From positions 1 through 39,147 of the forward strand of contig DASRJF010000409.1 of the NCBI GenBank assembly GCA_035649615.1: DNA of 39,147 bases, given 5' to 3'. This DNA is from Planctomycetota bacterium. Lineage in GTDB: Bacteria > Planctomycetota > MHYJ01 > JACPRB01. The position numbers and the translations under genes are program-made. Under the pieces are notes generated by a model. That model was not told the origin of the DNA. It ran no database searches and was given only the letters and a program-made list of their open reading frames with translations. Shown in pieces: positions 30,855 through 37,841 of the stretch; the first letter of the stretch is position 1; every line of letters begins with the position of its first letter.

Positions 30855-32162
30855 CTAAACCCTGGCCATCCGATAGAGCGACAATTCCCCCGTGAATCCG
30901 AGGGGGCTGTTGGTCAGAACGTCGATTTGGGTGATGTTCGCCCCCGCGTTGTTCCAGAGCCCAGCATAGGAGGAAAGCTGGGCCACGACGCCTCCCAAGT
31001 CCTGAACTTCGTTGCTGAATACGAATCGAAGGAGGCCAGTTTTCGCCACCATGTGGGCCACGAACCAAGATTCCAGGAGGTTGACTTGGGGTTCCGCAAC
31101 CCTGAGATCTCCGAATACGGCTCCTGCCAAGACAACCCCGGTCGCCACAATCTTCTGGGTGGAGTGAATTCCAAGCGGGGGCAATCCGTTGGGCTGTAGC
31201 GTGATCACGGCCGGGGCGATTGGATCGAGGTTCTTCACCCGGCCGGTCAGGACGTACTGCTCGTCCGCGTCGCCATTGAGCCCGAAGAAGGTCACCAGGA
31301 TGATGGGCGCCACGATCCGCTTCGTCTCGATGAGCTGAAGCCGGTTGAAGTCCAGAGCAAGGGGAGAAGGAACCTGGTAGTCGTTCAGCGTCTGCTCGAG
31401 ATAGACGAGCGCCTCGTCCCACCAGCATGTAACCAGGATAGACGCGTCCACCTCGATGCGCCACGTCAGACTTGTGATGGGGGGCGGAATTATCCCCGAG
31501 ACGGACAGGGTTTCGAAGTTCCCGCTGCCAGTGTGCGGGCTCGACACGAACACGGGAACGCCGTTGGCCGCAACGACCAGCGTCACAGCGCCCGGCCTTG
31601 CGGTTTTTACCTTGCACGAGAACGTCAGATTCCTGCCTGCGAACTCCGCGCAATTCGGAATGACGTCTTGATCAATCTGGACGACCCCCGTGGCCGGAAC
31701 GGTCACGTCGACCTTCATGGAATAGAGGCCGCTTACCACGTCTGGAGGATTCGTTTCTCGAGAAACCGTGTAGCCAGGAGCGGCCAGGTCGCGTGCTATC
31801 CAGCCCTTTGTCAGCGGCGTTCCGCTTGGAGGATTTGTGAAAGTAGTCGCCTCCGTCCAGACTTCGCAGCCGGGGTTGATCACATAGTTGACCTGGTCCG
31901 TGCTGGCAGGAGGAGGCGGCGGCTGCACTGATCCGCCGCCGCCCGCGTACGCGGGAAGGTCAATGCACTGTGTCAGGAACGGCTGCTGCGGCGGTGCCGC
32001 TGGGGGCTTCAACGGAAGCTGATCCGTCAACGTACGAAGCGGCGGGGTCAAAAGTGGAAGCGGCTCCAATGCCGAGAGCAGGCCTGCTTGCAGCAGGGTA
32101 AACGCCTGCCCCCGAATTGCCTCGTCGGGAGTCTTGGAGATCTTGGTCGTCACAAGGTTCAT
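30855..32162 (-). CDS. Island gene B: jelly-roll/carbohydrate-binding-module-like structural protein (fibre/decoration-like)
   Basis: The ATG at 32162 is 2 nt after the gene A stop. 435 aa. Pro-rich linker (aa 40-90). The central segment NYVINPGCEVWTEAT...PLTKGW...NLTFSCKVKT...GNFETLSVSG...WWDEALVY resembles CBM4/9- or galactose-binding-like domains. A second beta-rich C-terminal domain follows. Confidence 0.5.
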   Translation of the reverse strand: MNLVTTKISKTPDEAIRGQAFTLLQAGLLSALEPLPLLTPPLRTLTDQLPLKPPAAPPQQPFLTQCIDLPAYAGGGGSVQPPPPPASTDQVNYVINPGCEVWTEATTFTNPPSGTPLTKGWIARDLAAPGYTVSRETNPPDVVSGLYSMKVDVTVPATGVVQIDQDVIPNCAEFAGRNLTFSCKVKTARPGAVTLVVAANGVPVFVSSPHTGSGNFETLSVSGIIPPPITSLTWRIEVDASILVTCWWDEALVYLEQTLNDYQVPSPLALDFNRLQLIETKRIVAPIILVTFFGLNGDADEQYVLTGRVKNLDPIAPAVITLQPNGLPPLGIHSTQKIVATGVVLAGAVFGDLRVAEPQVNLLESWFVAHMVAKTGLLRFVFSNEVQDLGGVVAQLSSYAGLWNNAGANITQIDVLTNSPLGFTGELSLYRMARV

Positions 32163-32164
32163 TC

Positions 32165-33130
32165 CTAGGGTGTCACTGAGCTATTCGTTCTGATGAGCAT
32201 CTGGGCCGCGGCCACTTCGGATTCCAGGACCAGGCTCACGTTCATGAAAATCCGGTACGTGGTGTTGGCGGTTGCGGCTCCGAGAACTTCCTTCACGCGG
32301 ACGATCTTGCTCCCCCAAACCGCGGGCGTGATGCCGTAGAGTCCGCCCCGGCCCAGGACAAGGGCGTAGATTCCGATGCCGTTGCCTTGGCCCCCAATCG
32401 TGTCCGTAGTGGAAATGTTGTCGTCAATGAGGATGGGGATTCCATCGTAGGTTGGAGTCAGCCTCTGCTTCATGCCTCCATTACAATCAGGCACATTCAT
32501 TAGGGCGTAGTGAGGCCTCAATCCCTTGTCATAGTGAGCCTTCAAGATGTTCTTGTAACCCAGCGTGTGAGTGACCAGGACGTGAGGCCTGCCGCTATTC
32601 GCCTTGATCTGTCCCACCAAGCGGGCAAGGTCATCCAGAACAAGCAGAAATCCCCCTACGTCCTTTGGCAGGATCTTTTGGGCTGCAGGCAAGAGTGCTA
32701 CAATGCCGTTGAACTGCTCAAAGTCTGGTCCTGCTGAGACGCCCGCATATAGCTTGGCGCAAAACTCATAAAGGAATCGCCGGATCGCCGTCTCGAGCTG
32801 GACTCCGACTTGTGAATTTACGTTCGATTCGGTATTGGCTGCAAAATCCATTACGATAACGTCTTGAACGAGCTGCTTGAGCTCGAATGAAACGCTCGTG
32901 GGGATCGTTTTCCCTTCGGTCGTAGCAAAGGCACCGGTGGCCTTGTCCCAGAGCGGCGCAATGCCAAAGTCGCCCGAAGTGGCGGCCCGGTTGATTCTGA
33001 GGGAGTCGCCGTCCACAGGAAAAAACGGCAAGACTTCCAGGCTCTGAACGGGCTTTGGTGCGTTCTCGATGATGTGCGCAAGAAGCTGGTCATTGGACAA
33101 CAGAAGCGATTGAGCTTTCGTCAAGGTCAT
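32165..33130 (-). CDS. Island gene A: putative HK97-fold major-capsid/encapsulin-like shell protein
   Basis: AGGAG RBS (complement of 33139-33143) 8 nt before the ATG at 33130. 321 aa. The order of elements recalls HK97-type capsid proteins: MTLTKAQSLLLSNDQLLAHIIEN, VSFELKQLVQDVIVMDFAANTESN, long helix QVGVQLETAIRRFLYEFCAKLYAG, RPHVLVTHTLGYKNILKA, YDGIPILIDDNIS, YRIFMNVSLVLESEVAAAQMLIR. This is pattern recognition only, no search was run. Confidence 0.5.
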   Translation of the reverse strand: MTLTKAQSLLLSNDQLLAHIIENAPKPVQSLEVLPFFPVDGDSLRINRAATSGDFGIAPLWDKATGAFATTEGKTIPTSVSFELKQLVQDVIVMDFAANTESNVNSQVGVQLETAIRRFLYEFCAKLYAGVSAGPDFEQFNGIVALLPAAQKILPKDVGGFLLVLDDLARLVGQIKANSGRPHVLVTHTLGYKNILKAHYDKGLRPHYALMNVPDCNGGMKQRLTPTYDGIPILIDDNISTTDTIGGQGNGIGIYALVLGRGGLYGITPAVWGSKIVRVKEVLGAATANTTYRIFMNVSLVLESEVAAAQMLIRTNSSVTP

Positions 33131-33478
33131 GGATTGCTCTCCTAATCGATACGAAGTTCTTTCAAGAAATGTGTTAGGTGGATCCAAGCAGTGCGATAGC
33201 GGGTGATGCGAGGTATGCGACGAAGAAATTTGCTTCGGGCTCGATGCAGAAAGTAGGGGCGCATGTCCTCACCGTAACCGCCTTCACCACGATCGGGCCC
33301 CTACTTCCCGATCGGAAGGCCGTTCAGGCGCGTTTCTCAGACTCTGAACTTCACTAACCCTATGACCCTATACGCATTGCGGTCAACAGTTCGTACAGAA
33401 AAAGCGCTCAAGAAAAATGAAAAAAATGGGGGTTGGATAGTGGAGTCCATAAGTTACGGATTTCGTAATCCGTACCGC

Positions 33479-33582
33479 CCGGGGAGGCGGATAGGACTCG
33501 AACTTGATTCATAGGAGCATCTAGAGCATATCCGGGGCCCGGGTCGGACTCGAACGTGGATTGGGGAGCTGCGTCTTTGGAG
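33479..33582 (-). repeat. Two tandem units of about 52 nt, each resembling a tRNA T-loop + 3' acceptor end (att-like remnants)
   Basis: On the minus strand, GTTCGAGTCC occurs twice, 52 nt apart (complement of 33494-33503 and 33546-33555). The first is followed by TATCCGCCTCCCCGG and the second by GACCCGGGCCCCGG. The units align at about 60% identity by eye. The 5' halves of a tRNA are absent. Confidence 0.4.
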
Positions 33583-34839
33583 CTATTTGCCAAGCGCCGA
33601 GCGGAAAAATCCTCGCCTCCAGGCTGTCTCGAGAACAGTGACATCCGCTCCCAATCCGGCCGCCGTCGCCAGTTCGAGGCGCGAGACGGCGTGACGGCCC
33701 TCGAGGAAGAACCACATCGACGCCGCCGCGTACGAAGCCCCCGCGTCCTCGGGCAAACCGTCGCGGCTAATCGCTAATACCAGAAGTTGGTCCGAATGGA
33801 GGGCATCGACTTGGACGTCGGCCGGTGATCCCTCGAGACGGAACGAGACGCCGTTCTCGTGGATCCGCTTGAGCGTTCCCCGCGCGAACTTGCCGTCCGC
33901 CAGCAGGAACGCCACTTCCTGGTTGAGCCTGGCTTTAAGCCCCTTCTGGATCGCCTCCCAGAAAGCAGCCGCGGCCGCGGCCGCCGCGCGGTCCGCCGCC
34001 AGCAGGTCCTTGCACGGCGCCAGGGCCGGATCCGCGAGGGCCGCATCCAGGTCCTTGATCACCTCCGCATAGGCGCGCTCTTTCAGCCGCTTCAGGAGCC
34101 GCTGCGCGCGGTCGCCGAACGCCTTGCGGGCGCCCTCTTCGACCGACGCCGTCCGCTTCGCTTCCTGGGCCTGCCGATACTGGTCCAGCAGCTGGAGATC
34201 GACCTCCGCGGGCTCCTGGATCTGCGGAATCGACTGCTGCGCCGCGGACTTGAGCAGACGAACCGCCTCGTCGATGGATCCCGCGGTGGCGGCGGTCTTG
34301 GCGGCTCGAACCGCCTTTCCATACTCCTGGCGCGCTGAATTTTCGATGTTGGCGATCAGCGCCGCCGCCCGACGCTTGAGCGGATCCTTTTTCGTCGACT
34401 CGCCGAATCGGGCGAGCCCGGCCACCGCCTCTCCAAATCGACCCGCCTTCGTCAGCTCCACCGCGTCCTGCCTGGGTTTTTCGAATTCGAGGTCGATCGC
34501 CTTCTGCAGACTGGCCTCGAGCTCCACGCACCGGGCGGCCGCCATTCGACCCGCCTGGGTGAAGGGGTGTCGCACGCAGACGTCGTGGTACCCGGATTGC
34601 GCGAGTTCGGGCCGGTCGGGCTTTTCGCGACGGGCGGCGTCGTCCAGGAGCGCCTTCGCCAGGGACTCCGCGGATTCCTCCTGGGCCGGGCCCTTCGCCG
34701 GCCCCGAATCCGGCGGCTTGGTACTCGAGTTCGCGACCGGCGAGGTCTTCGGCGCCGCCGCCGGGTCGGGCGACTCTGAGCCACCGCATCCCGGCATCAG
34801 CAGGGCGGCCGACATCGCTAACAGAAGTCTGGAAGTCAT
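33583..34839 (-). CDS. Probable lipoprotein, helical, unknown function
   Basis: The ATG at 34839 overlaps the stop of the upstream HEAT gene (ATGA). MTSRLLLAMSAALLMPGCGG (lipobox-like). 418 aa, Ala/Glu/Lys-rich helices. The track ORF 33583..36021 is an alternative-frame N-terminal extension. Confidence 0.65.
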   Translation of the reverse strand: MTSRLLLAMSAALLMPGCGGSESPDPAAAPKTSPVANSSTKPPDSGPAKGPAQEESAESLAKALLDDAARREKPDRPELAQSGYHDVCVRHPFTQAGRMAAARCVELEASLQKAIDLEFEKPRQDAVELTKAGRFGEAVAGLARFGESTKKDPLKRRAAALIANIENSARQEYGKAVRAAKTAATAGSIDEAVRLLKSAAQQSIPQIQEPAEVDLQLLDQYRQAQEAKRTASVEEGARKAFGDRAQRLLKRLKERAYAEVIKDLDAALADPALAPCKDLLAADRAAAAAAAAFWEAIQKGLKARLNQEVAFLLADGKFARGTLKRIHENGVSFRLEGSPADVQVDALHSDQLLVLAISRDGLPEDAGASYAAASMWFFLEGRHAVSRLELATAAGLGADVTVLETAWRRGFFRSALGK

Positions 34840-36227
34840 GGCTGCTTCGCGCCCGGCAATTTGCGATCGAAGATCTTCAGCTCTTCCGGGGAAACCGGAA
34901 AATCGTTCTCCTCCTGTTCCTTCCAGAAGAGCTTCTCGTCGTCGTCGATGTGGCGCTTGTACTGGGCGTACCACTTCTGGAGCTCGCTCACGCCGTCGAT
35001 TTCCTCCCGCGTGATCCGCTGCGCGAGGACCCGCGCCAGGCGGCGCACCTCGTCGTTGCCGCCGCCGAGGAGCTCCATCACCAGGGGAATCGCCACGCCC
35101 CCCGTCTTCTCGATGGCGTTGAACGACACCGTCATCAGGTCGCGGCTCCCGCCCATCGCGACCTTGAAACTCGCCAGCGCCCCCGCGTCGCGCAGCATGC
35201 CGAGCTGCCGGACGGCCTCCAGCCGGACCTCCGGATCCTTCGACTTGAGCATCGTCTCGCGGAGCTCCTCCACCGCCCGCGACCGGTGCTTCCGGAAGGC
35301 CGACGCGAAGAGGGCGCGCATCCGGACGTCGTGCGGAGGTTTGGCCCGGAGACAATCCCCCAGCAGGTCGCACGCCGGCGCGTCCGGAAGCCGGCGGGCG
35401 AGGGAGAGGACGGCGTGCCGGCGCGCGAGATCCTCCTCGGCCGGGGCCCAGGCGAAATCGGACTTGAGGCGAGGGCCCACGTCGAGCCGCGCGAGCGCCT
35501 CGACGATCGCGGCCAGCGCGTCCTTGTCCTTCTCGACCCGCATCGCCTTCGCGAGAGCGCTCAACGCGTGCGGAGCGGGCGGGCTGATCAGCGCCTTCGC
35601 CGATTGCATCCGCTCGGCGGCCTGGTCCGAGGCGAGCCCCGCCACGGCCGTTTCCTGGCCCGGGCCGAGGTCGTCCGTGATCTCGGGGCGTTGGACTTCC
35701 TGGGGCAGGGACCCGAACGTGAGATTGAGCCGCTCGAGGGGCACCGGCTCCGGCGGCTTCTCCGCCGGATCCTCCACGCCGCCCGTCGCGCCCTTGGCGT
35801 CTCGGACCAGCCGCATGAACTGGAAGAGCCGGCCCTTGAGGCCCGCCAGCGCGTCCCGCTCGGAGACCGGCGCGCGCTTTTCCAGGATCTCGATGAGGTC
35901 GCGCGTCTCGTTGCAGATGTCGATGCTGACCATGAGCTGCCGGCGCCTCATCGGATCGCGATCCGGCTTCGCGGAGGCCTCCTCGAAGAGCTTCGTGGCT
36001 TGGTCCATCCGCGATTCGCACAGCCGGCGCGCCTGGGCCAGGGATGTAAAGTCGGCGATGACGGAAATGGCCGGCAGTCGGATCGTGCCCTTGGCGGTGA
36101 CGACGACGACCTCGACGCCTTCCCGGGTGACCTGGCCTTCGTGGATCTTGCCGTCGCGCGTGATGACCGTGTGATCCGCAAGAGTGCCCAGGAAGAGAAG
36201 TGGGCCGAGGAAGAAAAGAGAGCGCAT
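34836..36227 (-). CDS. Secreted HEAT-repeat protein
   Basis: MRSLFFLGPLLFLGTLA signal. HEAT-like repeats (HALSALAKAMRVEKDKDALAAIVEALARL, KDPEVRLEAVRQLGMLRDAGAL, AIPLVMELLGGGNDEVRRLARVLAQRI). 463 aa. Confidence 0.7.
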   Translation of the reverse strand: MRSLFFLGPLLFLGTLADHTVITRDGKIHEGQVTREGVEVVVVTAKGTIRLPAISVIADFTSLAQARRLCESRMDQATKLFEEASAKPDRDPMRRRQLMVSIDICNETRDLIEILEKRAPVSERDALAGLKGRLFQFMRLVRDAKGATGGVEDPAEKPPEPVPLERLNLTFGSLPQEVQRPEITDDLGPGQETAVAGLASDQAAERMQSAKALISPPAPHALSALAKAMRVEKDKDALAAIVEALARLDVGPRLKSDFAWAPAEEDLARRHAVLSLARRLPDAPACDLLGDCLRAKPPHDVRMRALFASAFRKHRSRAVEELRETMLKSKDPEVRLEAVRQLGMLRDAGALASFKVAMGGSRDLMTVSFNAIEKTGGVAIPLVMELLGGGNDEVRRLARVLAQRITREEIDGVSELQKWYAQYKRHIDDDEKLFWKEQEENDFPVSPEELKIFDRKLPGAKQP

Positions 36228-36250
36228 TTATCTAACCTGCTTTACTCGCA

Positions 36251-36351
36251 GATTGTGGATTGTCGATTGTGGATTGTGGAGATCCGATTCCTTTCAACCC
36301 GCTCTGCCGGCGCCTGCGGAATCCAAAATCCACAAGCCAAAATCCAAAATC
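36251..36351. repeat. Heptamer-periodic imperfect inverted repeat (GATTGTG x4 facing AAAATCC/ACAAGCC x5) with the conserved core
   Basis: gattgtg gattgtc gattgtg gattgtg ga. Core gatccgattcctttcaacccgc (compare 3592-3620). Then ggaatcc aaaatcc acaagcc aaaatcc aaaatc. Lies between the gatB stop and the HEAT gene start. Confidence 0.9.
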
Positions 36352-36380
36352 TGGCGGGGTTCACATCTAGGTCCGATGTT

Positions 36381-37829
36381 CTACGTACTGGATAGCTTTC
36401 GTCGAAGGAGTTCCTCCGCGGCTTGGGCTTTCACCCGGCCCTGCGTCGCCTTCATGACCTGGCCGACCAGGAACTTGATCGTGGAGTCCTTCCCGCCCTT
36501 GAAGTCGGCGACGGCCTTGGGATTCGCGGCGATGACCGCGTCGACGGACTTCTCGATCGCGCCCGAGTCGGTGACCGTCGCCATCCCGCCCTCGCGGACG
36601 ATTTCGGCCGGCGACCGGCCGGTCTCCGCCGATTTCGCCAGCGCTTCCTTGGCCGAGGCGACCGTCACGATCCCGGCGTCGATGAGCCCGAGCAATTCAA
36701 CCAGCGCCGCGGGCGTGAGTTTCGACGTTTCCAGCGTCAGGTTGCCCTCGTTGAGGAACCGCGGGATCTCGTTCACGACCCAGTTGGCGACCGTCCTGGC
36801 CTTGCCCGCCGCCCGGGCGGCCGCCTCGAAGAAGGCGGCCGTGGCCTTGTCGGAGGAGATGATGTTGGCCTCGTAGTCTCCCAGGGCGAAGTCGCGGACA
36901 TACCGCGCGGCCTTTTCCGCCGGCATCTCGGGGAGCGACGTGCGCGCCGCTTCGATTTCGGCCGCGGAGATCTCCAGGGGCGGCAGGTCGGGCTCCGGGA
37001 AGTAGCGGTAATCCACCGCCCCTTCCTTCACGCGCATGATGCGAGTCGAGTTCTTCTCCGGATCGTAGAGCAGGGTGGCCTGGACCAGCGGGCGGCCCGC
37101 CTCCACTTCGGCGACATGGCGGCGGTACTCGGCCTCGAGCGCCTTCTGCACGAACCGGAACGAGTTGAGGTTCTTCACCTCGGTCTTCACGCCGAGGGAG
37201 TCCGAGCCGCGCGGACGGATGGAGACGTTGACGTCGCACCGCAGCTCGCCCTTCTCCATGTCGCAGTTGGAGATCCCCGCCGCCCGGAGCATGCCCTTGA
37301 GCGAGGAGAGATACGCGTGGGCCTCCTCGGCGGATCGGAGGTCCGGCTCGGTGACGATCTCCAGGAGCGGCACGCCCGCCCGGTTCAGATCGACGAAGGA
37401 CCGCGTTCCCGCGTCCTCGTGGATCAGCTTGCCCGCGTCCTCCTCGAGATGGGCCCGGTGGATCCGTATCCTCCTCGGTCCCGCCTTCGTCCGGATCTCG
37501 ACGGCGCCAGCCGTCGCGAGCGGCAGGTCGAACTGGGAGATCTGGTAGTTCTTCGGAAGGTCGGGGTAGTAGTAGTTCTTCCGGTCGAACTTGGTGCGCG
37601 GCGCGATCGTGCATCCCAGGGCCACCGCCGCCCGGAGGCCGAGCTCGACCGCCGTTCCGTTGAGCGTCGGGAGCGTGCCGGGATGCCCGAGGCAGACGGG
37701 GCAGGTCAGGCTGTTCGGCGGCGCCCCGAAACGGACGGCGCACGCGCAGAACATCTTGGTGCGCGTGTCGAGCTGGACGTGCGTCTCGATCCCGGCGACG
37801 AGTTCGTAATCGACGGCGGTCGCAGCCAT
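36381..37829 (-). CDS. gatB: Asp-tRNA(Asn)/Glu-tRNA(Gln) amidotransferase subunit B
   Basis: YELVAGIETHVQLDTRTKMFCAC, PPNSLTCPVCLGHPGTLP, FDRKNYYYPDLPKNYQISQFD, RIHRAHLEEDAGKLIH, LRCDVNVSIR, YFPEPDLPPL. C-terminal YqeY-like tail KFLVGQVMKATQGRV. Confidence 0.95.
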   Translation of the reverse strand: MAATAVDYELVAGIETHVQLDTRTKMFCACAVRFGAPPNSLTCPVCLGHPGTLPTLNGTAVELGLRAAVALGCTIAPRTKFDRKNYYYPDLPKNYQISQFDLPLATAGAVEIRTKAGPRRIRIHRAHLEEDAGKLIHEDAGTRSFVDLNRAGVPLLEIVTEPDLRSAEEAHAYLSSLKGMLRAAGISNCDMEKGELRCDVNVSIRPRGSDSLGVKTEVKNLNSFRFVQKALEAEYRRHVAEVEAGRPLVQATLLYDPEKNSTRIMRVKEGAVDYRYFPEPDLPPLEISAAEIEAARTSLPEMPAEKAARYVRDFALGDYEANIISSDKATAAFFEAAARAAGKARTVANWVVNEIPRFLNEGNLTLETSKLTPAALVELLGLIDAGIVTVASAKEALAKSAETGRSPAEIVREGGMATVTDSGAIEKSVDAVIAANPKAVADFKGGKDSTIKFLVGQVMKATQGRVKAQAAEELLRRKLSST

Positions 37830-37841
37830 GATCGAGGAAAG

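Larger units (their letters stand above)
22928..33582 (-). other. Lower-G+C genomic island: nine-gene minus-strand operon plus decayed junction DNA, no recognisable mobility genes
   Basis: Abrupt visible change in base composition and codon third-position bias relative to both flanks. All credible ORFs lie on one strand. tRNA-3'-like remnants sit at the right junction. Confidence 0.75.

Noticed and set aside
33455-33474. Hairpin TACGGAT-ttcgta-ATCCGTA as a tRNA anticodon arm or as the terminator of the host operon
   Set aside because: A 7-bp stem with a 6-nt loop is not anticodon-arm geometry (5 bp + 7 nt). On the minus strand the nearest T-run starts about 25 nt downstream, so it is not a canonical intrinsic terminator either.
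22928-33582. Direct repeats (attL/attR) flanking the island
   Set aside because: By eye I found only short, inverted-orientation matches (for example GTCCTAT, CCGAC-CGGGCC) between 22928-23600 and 33190-33582, and no direct repeat of 12 nt or more. A computed dot-plot is needed before excluding them.
33420-33600. An intact tRNA (or tmRNA 3' domain) at the island junction
   Set aside because: I tried to fold both GTTCGAGTCC contexts on the minus strand. The 5' T-stem strands (TCAAG, CCACG) do not pair with the 3' strands (CCTAT, CCGAC). No sequence complementary to the putative acceptor 3' strands occurs upstream. The lipoprotein stop codon lies only about 30 nt from the distal T-loop. This needs tRNAscan-SE/ARAGORN to be certain.
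34840-36021. N-terminal 394-aa extension of the 33583..36021 ORF
   Set aside because: The extension is Arg/Gly/Pro-rich and overlaps the HEAT-repeat gene (34836..36227) out of frame. A lipoprotein-type start (MTSRLLLAMSAALLMPGC) at 34839 overlaps the upstream stop in ATGA.
134-36351. The heptamer arrays as CRISPR arrays
   Set aside because: The period is 7 nt with no unique spacers, the arrays are under 100 nt, and no cas genes are present.
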